From: Bugula neritina
Lineage: Eukaryota; Animalia; Bryozoa
Length of the DNA stretch: 64,000 nucleotides
Direction of reading: 5' to 3'
NCBI GenBank assembly: GCA_964035545.1
Contig: OZ037770.1
Span: forward strand, 11,800,463-11,864,462
The notes below the pieces were generated by a model. That model was given only the letters and a program-made list of their open reading frames with translations, was not told the DNA's origin and ran no database searches. Below are positions 12,721 to 25,100 of this stretch, piece by piece; position 1 is the stretch's first letter; each line of letters opens with the position of its first letter. The position numbers and the translations under genes are program-made.

Positions 12721-15716
12721 GTGAAATATAATAATTGCTCCACAATTTGCTCTAGGCTCAAAGTGTGCTACAAGACTAATTAAGGATACACTTTGATAAG
12801 ACATTATTGTCATTTACAGTCTGTCGGTCAGTATAACCTTTCAGCAGCAGACGTGGCGGGCAGAAGAAAATGTGACAAATCAATAAAATAATAATCCATA
12901 AAATATTGCTCTATGTATGTTCAACTATGGATAAAATATCACATAGTTTTAAGTCATTTGACTGTGAAGCTAATTGGGAATTGCAAATTAGCTATTTGTT
13001 CTAAAATGCCTTTGATGAATAAGTATTGTTTTTAGAACTAGTTTCTTGAAACTTCATAGACTATTTGAATAAATGTAAGTAGAAATAAAACCAATACATT
13101 TAAACATCTTGAAGCTAAAAGATATTACAATTTGCATAAAACCTGCATAATATGATGCTAAGCAAATAATATTTATTCTGAATGTTGCATAACTTATAAA
13201 ATATTTATGGTTTGCCCGTTGTATCACATAACATATTATTCTCTTTCAACCAGCAGCCGAAAAACATATTCGATATAGCTATGACGTCCATTAAAGTTTT
13301 ATGTCAACTCCCAAAGATATCAAATTTTAAATAACACTTTCTTTAGCATAATTTGATGGGTTCGTTGAAAGGGCTGTTTTGTCAATGCTAGTTTCACCAA
13401 CATAATTGGGTAATAAAATACAGTTTCTAATATATTAGGTTACCCTTGTTAGTCTTTGTAATAAGTCATTGTCAACATATACAAGTATCTCAGAATTTCT
13501 CTGATCGATTGATAATTTGCAGCATAAAACATTTGTCAGCTTTACAAATAGTGAAATAAATACGACCAGTATAATTCAGTTATCAAAATCATAACAATAT
13601 AGGCATATTTTCTGTAGAAAACAGTTAAATCTGAAATGCTGAAAAGTGCATCATTAAAACTGTTAAAAGGCCAAATTTAATTACAATCTATTAAGTCTTG
13701 AAACTTCAATAAACTGTACAGTTAATTTTTACTTATAAACTTAAAATACTCCTTAAGGCTTTTTTTCGCCATGAAATTCAAGCATATGGAGTTATTTTCT
13801 TTATTACTATAACCTGCTTCCTATACAAGTCTATATTTTGTTTTCCAAAATTTCCTGCACATTATCTGTGAATAGACTATAACACTGTGCAATACTTAAC
13901 TAACTTTATTATGCAGTTGCCTCAAACAATTGAAGGCTGAAAATTGATGATATACAAGTTATACCTTTATTTAAAAGAGAATTAAAAACAATCATGTCGT
14001 ATAGCCCTACTCTAATAGTTTTCTCTTTTTAATATAACGAAAATCAGTTTCTGTGGCTGCAGAGTTATTCATTATGTTTCCATGACTTCACAATATGGGA
14101 ATGAATTTTTCCTTTGATGTTTGGAAACAGCTGCATCAAAAAAAACATCAACTGCAAATCTACTCGAATTATGCCAAGCAATAGGAAATGTAGTAGTTGT
14201 TAAATGAACACGCTACTTGTTGTAGGTTTTATAGAAATACAGCCCGTAGCAACCCACAGTGCATTATATGTGTCCTGTGAGACATATTGCATACAGTCAG
14301 TTCCGCTAAGCACAAAATTGTTTCAGTTCACAACAGGATGAGTTGTTTTGACTATTATCAGCTTTGCTGCTCTGTTTGTTTAATAAACCAAATGAATCAT
14401 TCATTACAAAGTCTTGTGAATAATCAATTCTAGTTTTAAGTTATTTAGTGCTTTATCTAACTATAGAGATAATACTTGCAAATTCCTCAATTTTAACAAA
14501 TTTTTTTCGTATTCCAAGGCCTGTGTGCCTTGAATATCTGGAGTGCGTCATAATAGAGCCTTGTCTAAATATTTTTCTGCTTCCATTATATGCATTTTTG
14601 TTACTTTAAACTCAACACCACTATACCAAACAAATAGTTTTGATTATTGATATTCTCTTATAGCTAAAGCTTTATTTCAAAACAGCCATCAGTGATAACA
14701 AACTCATGAATATTCATCTAGCATATGATGCTAACAACTTGCAGATGGTGACTTGGTAGGCCTACACTATATCAATGAGGTGTTTAAACTATTGTTATAC
14801 AAATTGCTAATACTTAGAATAATTATATTCACATACATGCATATGTCTTAAGTTTTAATTGTTGCAGGCAATTGCAAAGTCATCTATTAATTATAAGGAC
14901 TTGTCAACAATATAGGGCAGCTTTAGATTATGTGCCTTTTATAACATAAGGTATCAATGTTCAGAACAATGACATGAGAAATTTAAACGTTGAGATAAAG
15001 TCAAAATTGCGTTAATACTGTCAAGATGCACAAAGAAATACATATTTATATAAAAGTTTTATGAAAAAATATTTCCTAAATATTCTGGCAACATACAATA
15101 TATATAAATAGGAAATAACTAAAGTATGTTGTGCTTCATATACATTTTTAAGAATAATTTGTGCCTAGCTTGTGAAACATATCAGACTAATATATCTTTT
15201 TAGCTTTTTAACCATCACAATGGCTTACAATAAAAAAAGGCTTATATAATTTATTAATACATTTATTCAGAAAACTGGGTAGAAATTGGAACTAATACAT
15301 ATATACAAGCCTTTGTAACTTTAACTCTTCCATTTGATTTAAGTTCAACTGAAGGTGATACTGAATTAAGAAAGAAAATAGTAAATTTACATTATTTAAA
15401 CATTAACTCATAAAAGTATGTACGACTTTGCTGTATTGGAAAATATAGAAAAAAAAGAAGACAACTGTGACAAGCAATACACATATTTTATAATATTTTC
15501 CTTTTACACTGCAACTGGTTATTTATAATGAAAAAATAGTTATAAAAGTATCAGGCTGAATAGTTTATTATATTATAAATATTTGAAATATTAAAAGATG
15601 ATTGTTGAAATGAAAACAATGGTTTTCAACAATGCTGGCCGTTACATTAATTAGCTAGGTTCCTCATTTGGTGGTGTGATCAACTTTGGCTGTAATTTCT
15701 ACTGAGTTCAATAGCA

Positions 15717-18700
15717 ATGTCTCTTGTACCTGGAGCACACTCTGCTGCATTATCTCCCCTGAAGGGAGGGAGGAGGAGGTCTAGCAATATATTTTCAAGG
15801 AGCAGACGACTTTCGCCTCATCCAGGTAATCTTTCCCCAATTCAATAAGATAGCATTGTTGATAGAAAACATAATAAACTATCAAAAATACTTTGTGTAT
15901 CGCGTTGATTTGAACATAAGAGAGTATAATATGTTTTTACAATGAATTGTAGCTACTATATATACTGAGATCACAGCTTTAAAAATATTCATCTAACAAC
16001 TTCAATTATTTTTGCTTATAACTATAATATAAAAATATAATATAATATAGTATAATAATATATCATATCATATAATTATAACATTATATAATATAATATA
16101 ATAATATAGTATATTATATAATGTAATATTATATAATACATATTGTATTATATAATATTATAATTATTATATTATATAAAATAAAAAATATAATTTTAGG
16201 GTTTATTGTTTTAAAATGAATGCATTGTTTGAATATAATGTTGCATTCACAGACTAGCATCTTTTGAAAATTTTTGAAGTTAGTTCAATCAATGAGAGAG
16301 TTTCTTGTCAGAGTACTCATAAACATTGGAATAATATGGTTCATAATATACAGCTGTTATATTGACAGGAATCGTCAAAAGCCAGGGATCGTCTCTCATG
16401 TCTCTCTACTCCGTGGATACTGATGTCACGACCTCTAGCATTCAAAGTATAAGAAGAAGGTTTGACAATTTCAGCAACAGTGAGTTATCATTGGTTGCTT
16501 GGCAACTGGTGATGTCAAATGATAAACAATAAATCAATATTAAGACCTGCAAAGAGCTGCGCATTGATTATTATCTCCCAAGAACACCATTGTAGGTGAT
16601 ATAGGCAACTTTAGGCATACTAAGTTTACTCTTTCTAATTTTAAATTGTTGTTAGTATAAAGTGACAATATCCTAAGGCAGATTCTTTGGGCAGATGAAC
16701 ATATCTTATGCCTAAAATTCAACAATTCAGTTTGATTCTGCATCTAAATAAACTATGACTCGTCTCAAATATATTGTACAGTAATCATCTTAAATTTTTA
16801 GCATAAAGCAACTATAATAGCTTTAACTTACTTGGTCAACTAATATTTCACTGGGGCATATATTCAGAACATTTTGCATTACAAATTAAACGCAAAAAAA
16901 ACTTGCATATAGTGCAATATGCTACGTTTCTGCAACTATATTAGAAGTTGTTTTCTCAAAATTTAGATCTTCAATACAGTCAGTTCGGCGTGTTTTAACA
17001 AATGTGTCATATGAATTTAATTTAAAAAATTTAAATAAACTATTACAAAAATTATAACAAAAGATTTTCAATGAACTTTTGTGTTAAAAGTAGTTCGCTT
17101 GGCAACAAAAGACGAGCGTACGTTGCTATGAAGCATTTTTATTGTTTCCGGTTAGTTTGTTTCATGTTGGAAGATGTTGCACGAATTTCTTCGAAGTCTT
17201 ACTTTTAGTTAACAACAGTACTAAAGCATGTGATGGAATTCTTATAATAATAATTATTGTACTACAGCTATTTTAACATTGTGAGTAAATAAAATTAAAA
17301 TGAAAAAATTTTGCGTAGTCTAGCGAGTTTTTAAAACGGTAATAGAATAAGTAATACTACTAATACTAGCTACTAACTAGTTAGTAATAGTAATACTAAT
17401 ACAGTATAGTAATAGTAATACTGTAATAATAGTAGTAGTACTAACAGTAATTATAAATTTTTAATTAGTTTTTTTATAATATGATTTAATTTTATAGTAG
17501 TTATTATAATTGCAATAGTTTTAATTATAATTGCTATTTGAATTTAAAATGATAATTATTATAAATACTGTGGATATTATTCTATTACCCTTATGAGGGT
17601 GTTAATGTCGTTTTTTATCATTATGCTAGAAAAGCCAATAATTAGGTTAATAATGTATTTGTTGAGTAGGAATGTGTTGATAATAAACAAAACTAAACCA
17701 GATAATAGTGATTAGTGAAATAAGTAAACATTGACTTATGACTAGGATAATCATTAAGAGGTTTTGCTGACAACTGTAACCTTTTTATGAGTTAAAAGAC
17801 TTTCTTTTTTTTAATACAAATGACTTAAATTTTGTTAAGTGCATTAAACTTTGCATCATATTGTGATACAGTTAGTAGGCCTAATAGTTAAATTATTTTT
17901 TCACTTGCTCCTATCAATAGAATTTATTAAAATGATCAAAGATTATTTTCTGTTTTTGTTCTAGTAGCAGCTAAAAGAGTTCAGCTCCTTAGTAAATTGA
18001 CTCTTTTTTGTGTAAATTTCTCAAATTTCAGCTGTTTTTCTGTAACTTGTTAGTAGAATTTGTTATAATTGTTATGCAAATATTTTGTTTCGAATAGAAC
18101 AAGACGATAAATACAGAAATTTAGCAATGGCTGAAGTGATGGCCGCCACCAAACACATTCGTGTTCCAAGTCCTTGGTAAGAGTTAGGCTCTATTGAATT
18201 TATGTCTTAGTAAGAGGTGACATGTACCTAGCGTATTTTTGGGAGTGGATACTGGCACAATATACTGTACATCCTTGTGTTGTTTTACTTATCTATCATT
18301 GCAATGCCGCTTTACTATTAAAATATATAGATATATTTTAATAAATATTTGTATGCTAACCTATACATATATTATAAAGCATTAACTGTAATTGAAATAC
18401 TTATTGTTACTTGATCAGATTCATGGCTAATAGCATGATTGTAATTTATAACTTAGTGTAAGTAAAGTAGAAAATGTATAGAGCCAAGTCTATTTTAGTA
18501 CGAAGACTAAGGAGCCTACAAATCCGCCCTCCGTAGCAACTTACCGTAAATGTGTGGGTGTAGCTAATGAAATATTCCCTGACCAGAACTGGCCTAAAAA
18601 GAAATACTTTGACTGTAAGTAATCTGCATGTGTGTTCTCCAATATTATTAATAGATAGAAATATATACTCTTTGAGACTGTGAAATAAGTGAAATATCAT

Positions 18701-20618
18701 GCTCAAACTGCACAATTTCTTGTTTTTTGTTTGTGGTGCACTTTTATTTATAAAAAAATACCCAACAATTATAGTCTATTAAGTTGATATTGTTAGACTA
18801 GATATAATTTAATCGATTGAACCAACTTGTCTTAGATCGGCAGTTTAGTTTTAGATTGATCGTCAAACTAATATAGTTTACAGTAAAGCATCTATAATAA
18901 ATTGGGCCATCATAATAATATACGTATCTCTATGTAGAATAGATAATTACCTAGGTCGTAATACAAAGCTGTATTAAATGCAAATAGGTCACAATATAAA
19001 GCTATATCCAATTTAACTAGGTCATAACATGCTGCTATATTAAATGCCAATAGGTCAGAATACAGTATTATATTAAATGCAAATAGGTCAGAATACAAAG
19101 CTATATTAAATGCAAATAGGTCACAATACATAGCTATATTAAATGCAACTAGGTCACAACAAAGAATCTATGAATGAATGGGACATAATGAAAGACTGTG
19201 ATAAAGGCAAGACATGCACTTGGAATGGTGTTCACAGACATATTATGACATCATTTGACTACAACTCTGTTACTCACCGTCCTAGAGTTTGTAAGTAATT
19301 TAACACTCATGTATAGTCACTACTTGAAAATGCCTAATATTATTTAGGCAGTTTGTGGTCATATAAAAGAATAAAAAGTTCATTTCAGGCTGGAAAAATA
19401 TAGACAACTATTTTTATTTGTAATTGTCAGCATTTTGTCAAAGAGAAGACAATTTCTTCCTGGATTTTTTATAATTTTTTAGGTATTTGATTATTTAATT
19501 AGATTAATAACTAATTATCAGCAAACTTTTGTATATGAAGGGCTCTTTTGTTTTCCCGCTGGCAGAATATTTTAGATGTTTTCAATCTTTGATCATTTTC
19601 AGTAAACATACAGAGAAACGGGATTCCCGAGGCATCAAGGGGAGACAAATCTTATCAGACTCCGGAATACTCATCAAATTTTCACAAACAGGGTTCTACT
19701 AGACCAGTTCCCAATTTTGGGTTAGTTCTATTCTACATCATGTTGATATTTTCATTTCTAACAAATAAGTAGATGAGTAAAGACACGATTATTGGATTCT
19801 TTTGCTAAAGTAATTTGCATCAAAACTTTCATTTGATGGAATGGCAATTGTGAGTATTTGACTTTTATTTTCTATTTGCTTTATTGCAACTATAGATGGT
19901 GGTATTAGTTTTTGTAAATTTATTTATGAAAATTTTAGAGGAAGAGCTTACAACCCGTGCGATACCTACATACCCTTAGTCAAACCCACCGGGCAAAGGT
20001 TAGTCTGTTAACTATATTATTTATTTCGTCAGGTGAAATGTAGAAATTTAACTTTATTGTTCTCAAAAATTTCAATATCTGAGCTTATATTGTAAATACC
20101 TCAACCTGTATGCACTTATATGAGTGACTAAAAGCTAACTAACTTTGTAGCACCCCAAAGCACTTGCAAATTTATACTATATGAACCTGAATATTACTAT
20201 TATAGTAAACGTGACAGCCAGGGGTTAAGTCACATTTATGTTATAGATGCATCGATATTGGTACTGCCCAATTAGTGAAAGATTTTATTACATAAAAATA
20301 TTTTTTTGCTCAATTTGGTTGTATAATTCCAAGCTGCAATATAATTCTACAGTATTTTGTGTTTAGGTTTGACTTTAACTGCTATAGTTAAAGTAACCAT
20401 TGCTGGTGTATGCTGAGTGTAAGTTGGCTTAATGCCAGGTTTCCCATATCTCTTACAGGAAGACATTTCAGGAAAGAGAGAAGGAAAGACAAAATGAGGA
20501 AAATGCTGCAATAGTTAGTCAATTAGAGGACTGGCGACCAGCCACCCCTCTTGTTTGGAGACCAAATAAGACCTTGGCTAGAGTGGATTATTCTTCAATA
20601 CATACATCACATCAATAA
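15717..20618 (+). CDS. SPATS1: Spermatogenesis-associated serine-rich protein 1-like (SASRP1-domain protein), ~296 aa
   Basis: Exons 15717-15825, 16369-16479, 18098-18176, 18499-18614, 19153-19290, 19603-19720, 19939-19998, 20459-20618 join in frame (891 nt). Motifs GKTCTWNGV, RNGIPEASRGDKSYQTPEYSSNFHKQGSTRPVPNF, DTYIPL and LEDWRPATPL match the remembered human SPATS1 motifs GKQCFFNGV, RNGIP..PGD.PY..PE.S..FHKAGS..P..NF, DTFIPL and LDNWQPAVPL. The N-terminus is Ser/Arg-rich. Confidence 0.85.
16020..16195. repeat. AT-only low-complexity tract (TATAA-like)
   Basis: Read directly from sequence. Confidence 0.8.
16494..16506. promoter_or_regulatory. RFX X-box
   Basis: GTTGCTTGGCAAC, matching the imperfect palindrome GTTNCC(N0-3)RGYAAC. 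Confidence 0.6.
17093..17134 (+). promoter_or_regulatory. Paired X-box-like motifs; candidate internal promoter of the SPATS1-like gene
   Basis: GTTCGCTTGGCAAC (17093-17106) and GTTGCTATGAAGC (17122-17134) in a CpG-containing patch, followed by donor-like GTTAGT (17151) and GTGAGT (17281); an in-frame ATG is available at 18127. Confidence 0.55.
18951..19160 (+). repeat. 33-bp tandem repeat (6 full units plus a partial one) overlapping the acceptor of a SPATS1-like exon
   Basis: Unit ~ataggtcacaatacaaagctatattaaatgcaa; AG at 18953, 18986, 19019, 19052, 19085, 19118 and 19151. Confidence 0.92.
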
Positions 20619-21589
20619 CATGAATGAAACATGTGAGCTGAAAAAACTACAGTGGATGTCTCCAGTGTGGAAAACTACAGTGGAAGTCTCCAATTACCTT
20701 CATACTCCATGCTATAGCATAGACTAACTAACTTCAACCAACTAAAATTTTATATTATATTTTTGAAAATTAAGATTATTTACAAAAGTTATTAACCTCG
20801 ATCTCAAATAAGGGCACTTTTGAATTTTGCCATAAATAAAACAACGCTTCTATAATTTTTTTTACAAATAAGGGATAACTTCCAAAAATGAGTTTTGTTA
20901 ATCATAAAAATAACATTAGGTCCATATCTGTTTCAATGATGTGCAGAGAGCAACATGATGAGTAACTGTTGATAAATTAAGAATTATCAACCTTCTGTTG
21001 AGGAACATGTCTGTGTATTGCAAGCTTATCCAAAAAGTTATTTTTACTTTTTCAACAGGAAAGTTTCAACATTTTAATTCGTTTTGTTACGCTACGAAGC
21101 CATGAGTGCCCTAGAATGCTCAATATTTGATTTTTGTCACAAATTTGGAGTTGTCCTCTCACTATTTCAGATCATTTAAATATTAATAGATTTTCTTGTT
21201 TTGTTTATTATTAAAAATACTTCTGTTTTCACATAAAACTTTATAATTATAATGTATATAAAATTATTTTTATCTTCAGAATAACTTAAATTGCTAATAA
21301 ATAGTTTGTATTTATAATTTAGATTGTATTTGTTTTCATAATTCTAAAGCTTTATTATTTGCCATGGCAGAACTTAAATTCTTGTATATATTCAGATTGT
21401 TCATTGCTTGTGGAATTGTTGCAGCAACTTTACTTTTTTATAAAGGAAATATATTCAAATCAAATAATAGCTTTAATCTAAAGATATTTCATTTACCTCA
21501 TGCACTATGTGTTAATAGAAGGTGATGCGCATATTTCACTTTGACTTTCAGATAATGCTTTAAAAACTTGTGAAAGCTTATAGTAGTCA

Positions 21590-22136
21590 CCATCCCTGTG
21601 AGAAACCCCTGATAGAAAGGGTTTTTGTTAAAGCGGGCTAAGGACTTATTTGAATGAGGCATGCACAGGAGAAATTATATGACTGGACGCTCTTCCTAAC
21701 ATCACCAATAGCCTTTGTCGTGCTTCGAACCCATGACTTCGTGATTACTAAGCAAACGCTCTAACCCAGGGCTGTCCAACAGGTGACCCCAGAGCCCAAT
21801 GTGGCCTCCAGCCTACATTTATCTGGTCTACAAAGGCATAGAAAATAAAATTATTTTGCACACATACATGAATAAGAGTCAGAAAACAAATGCATTTTCA
21901 ACGTTTTATTTATATGTATGCTACAAAACTTGCAGCCCGAAGTAGTGATTGGGACTTTGTTGTGTACTGATTCATAGGAATTCGGAATAAAGTTATTTGA
22001 AAAATACTAATGCTGTGGTCCCCAGCCAAAGTTAAATTCACAATGTAGATTTTGCCATAGAATATTCCATTTCAGTAGCCCTTGCTCTGAAAGCGTTGGA
22101 CACCCCTGCTCTAACCTTTAGGCCACGGCTGCTCCC
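21590..22136 (-). mobile_element. tRNA-derived SINE interrupted by a hAT MITE
   Basis: With the insert removed, the minus strand reads GGGAGCAGCCGTGGCCTAAAGGTTAGAGCG...GGGTTCGAAGC (A- and B-box-like). The body is homologous to the copies at 43357-43548, 27086-27250 and 12590-12720. Confidence 0.8.
21767..22108. mobile_element. Non-autonomous hAT DNA transposon (MITE), 342 bp
   Basis: TIRs CAGGGCTGTCCAAC / GTTGGACACCCCTG; perfect 8-bp TSD CTCTAACC at 21759-21766 and 22109-22116. Confidence 0.92.
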
Positions 22137-25100
22137 TTTCAGAGAATGTAAAATATAATTTTAATGGCGGGTTGTTTAGGGGTTGATAAATGTTATAGAC
22201 CATTAAATTGAGCCGTAGATTGAGTTCTGGTGCACACACGCACACACTAGTTGCTCTTCCCAAATCTGTTTCCTGGACTATAAATCCAAAACAGCTGGAA
22301 AGTTAGGCGACTGTCTGGTGATTATAATGTTTTGTAAATGTGACATATTTTTCTAATCTGCTAGTGATGAGGTAGCAAAGCTTGCCTTACTTGGTCATAG
22401 TTTTAGTAAATGGTCTTGAAAAACAAGAGCTTAATGCATTTAATATATACTTATTAAGATTCGGACCAAAGAATGATTTATATGGTAGCTTTAATGTATT
22501 ATTCTGTCTCACTATAACAGTAAAAGCTTATCTGTATTATAAGGCATCTTACGCTGTCTTTTAACTAAACAGTTCTTTGCATCATTTCCTGTTTTTCTTT
22601 ACCTGAGAGGTCTGCTAGTGCAAAGTTTTCTTAAATAAATTAAAAATAAATTGCACCTAGATTCATTCACATCTTTTGCTTCTAATGCAAAGTTTTCAAA
22701 TGAGTTCTTAGCATTTCGGCTCATCTAGTAAGTCAAAGGGGTCATACATGAGCTCCTAAAAAGTGTCACGTATACTTGCACACTGCAAATGTGGACAACA
22801 ACAATTAATACTTCAAAGACTCTAATCTATTTCCACTATCTCTACTATTTCAATGTAATTTTAATAAAACTCTACTTAATTGCTTAAAAATATAACTCAG
22901 TGTTTGACCACTTCTATCGGCTTACTATTGCCATGAGCGCTGCATTAGCTAATTTATAGAATGATTTGGTCACAGTAAGAATCCTGCACAGGATTTATAG
23001 TAATTATACACTAATCAGTTAATCTTCATCAACTATTATATTATTTATCATTTCGATTAGTATAACCGTAATCTGTGTATTATTTATCCCTGCTTTATCT
23101 CTTATGTATTAAAGCTTTGTTTCTTTTTGAGGTGTGTGACTTAACACATTGTAAAATTATATTTAATAAGTTTTTAATATCAGGCACTTTCAAAACACCA
23201 AATATGACACCCCCTTCTCCTCAATACAATAAAAAAAACTGCAGGCTAGCAATTTTCGACATGCCAAATATTGGTAGTCATCAATTAGTTAATACGCTGA
23301 CCAAACAAGGAGATTGAAAATTAATCCAAGAAATGAAGCAGCCTCATAACTGCTACAAGAAATAAACTTATCGCCAATCAAGTTGCTTAAGCTCTTCAGT
23401 TTATTTTCAATTATGGAAACGGTGATTAATTTGCATTTGATGAGAATAGTGTCAGAGTATAGGTCATAGAAGTATACTAGCATGAAGCAAAAGTGTCATC
23501 CTTGAGCTTTGAATAATCTGGTAATCAAGGTTTAACACTACATATTTAGATTCTCTAATATAATCACACGTGCAGAAAGTTTCCAACATCGACAATAAAC
23601 CTTTAGGTGCGAAGCATAACCTACCCTCACTTTCAGGAGCTTCCAAAGGCTAGTTGGGCTAGGAACTAATGCAATTTAGATACGAACATTCTGACAGGCC
23701 AACTCTACTCTATAATTTTTCGTTACATAAAGGAAATTTCTGCGGTTACATAACTTTTATATATACGGTGTTGTGGTGATGTACTGAAAGACATACAAAA
23801 ATATTGTAGAAACTGATCAACCTTAACAATGAACTTCCGATATCATTCACTTAAGGACATTGAAGAACGCGTGAGAAATTCCCAAATTAATTTTTTTCAA
23901 TTTATTTTTGCATTTAGCATAAAATGTGTACAAGTGGGACTGGTTTCACTGTGGGTAACTGAATCCGTATAGCTCTCAAACAGGGACCACTTTTTATCAT
24001 TTGCTTCAACAAAACTGCATTTTAAATATAGAACTTATAGGAAATACTGTATGCTGCTATCTGCATCTTTGTTCTAAACTATATGTACTAATTAAACTCT
24101 AGGAAATTTAATTTGTGAACTGAACTACACATTGTAAAAGTTTTTAATATTTTAATTTCAAGGATAGTCAATGTCAAATTTCTGAAATAATCAAAATCTT
24201 TGAATGTGTCTACAACAGTATTTCTGTAACTAATTTATCAAATATAAGCCATTATAACATACATGCTACATTCTACAATGTGTAATTTTCTTGAATCTCT
24301 GTAAGCATGCAACAGATAATATATATCTTGCATCTGAAGTTCATTCAACAGAATTCTAGTAGGGAAACAGCCTTTGCATTCACATTAACCGAGAATTTTT
24401 ACACTTCCGTTTTGCACTATAAAAGCATTTACTTCATTTAGGTTACAGTACAAAGATTTTGCCTCGGGTATTTTTTCGATTTCAACATATTGTGCAAAAC
24501 ATATTGCTGTTTCTCATAAACAAAATTATTCAGTGAGATTCAATATAGCCAATTTGTGACTATCCGATGAATATTAAAAAGAAGATCTGCTGGGAATTAT
24601 GAAACCGCAGACCGATTTGTCACTTCCACCTGCACGAGATGAGCTCAGCAAGCACTGGAAAACGTGGCTCTCTTACACGCGCATTTGATGCAGGATTATT
24701 AGAAAAACAGAGCTGAGCAGTTTAATCGTATTTTTAATTCCATAACAACTTGCAAATCTGTAGAGTTATATCTGTCAATCAATATTACAGAGGCTGTTTT
24801 TTGCTGTGGTCATTTATAGCCTAAGTTTCTTACAGCATTATCAGTTCTGACTAGACTTGAGGCTATTGGAAAAAAAATTTAATTACCCCAGATTTTCTCC
24901 TGCAGATAATCAGTTGTATGTATTTTCTATAACCTAAAAAGCTACTGATTATGCAAACCTCACAGTGCTTTTAGGTTACAGCTCTCACATTATGTTCGTA
25001 AACTTCATGTTTGTTATATTTAAATACTTTAACTAAATTATAAAATTTTTTACAACAGATATCTCGGGTAGTGAGTTGATACAGGGTTGTTTTTAGCGTA

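Noticed and set aside
18128-18176. Alternative frame W-L-K-TGA-W-P-P-P suggesting a selenocysteine codon
   Set aside because: The MAEVMAATKH frame is open and splices in frame with both neighbouring exons; the TGA frame has an upstream stop and I saw no SECIS.
18951-19160. 33-bp periodic array (and the 31-bp array at 34130-34512) as CRISPR-like
   Set aside because: They are head-to-tail tandem units with no unique spacers, no cas genes, and a eukaryotic intron/UTR context.
22382-23646. Several 60-80 aa ORFs between the SPATS1-like gene and the opsin
   Set aside because: No recognisable motifs or consistent splice chain; expected by chance or from decayed repeats.
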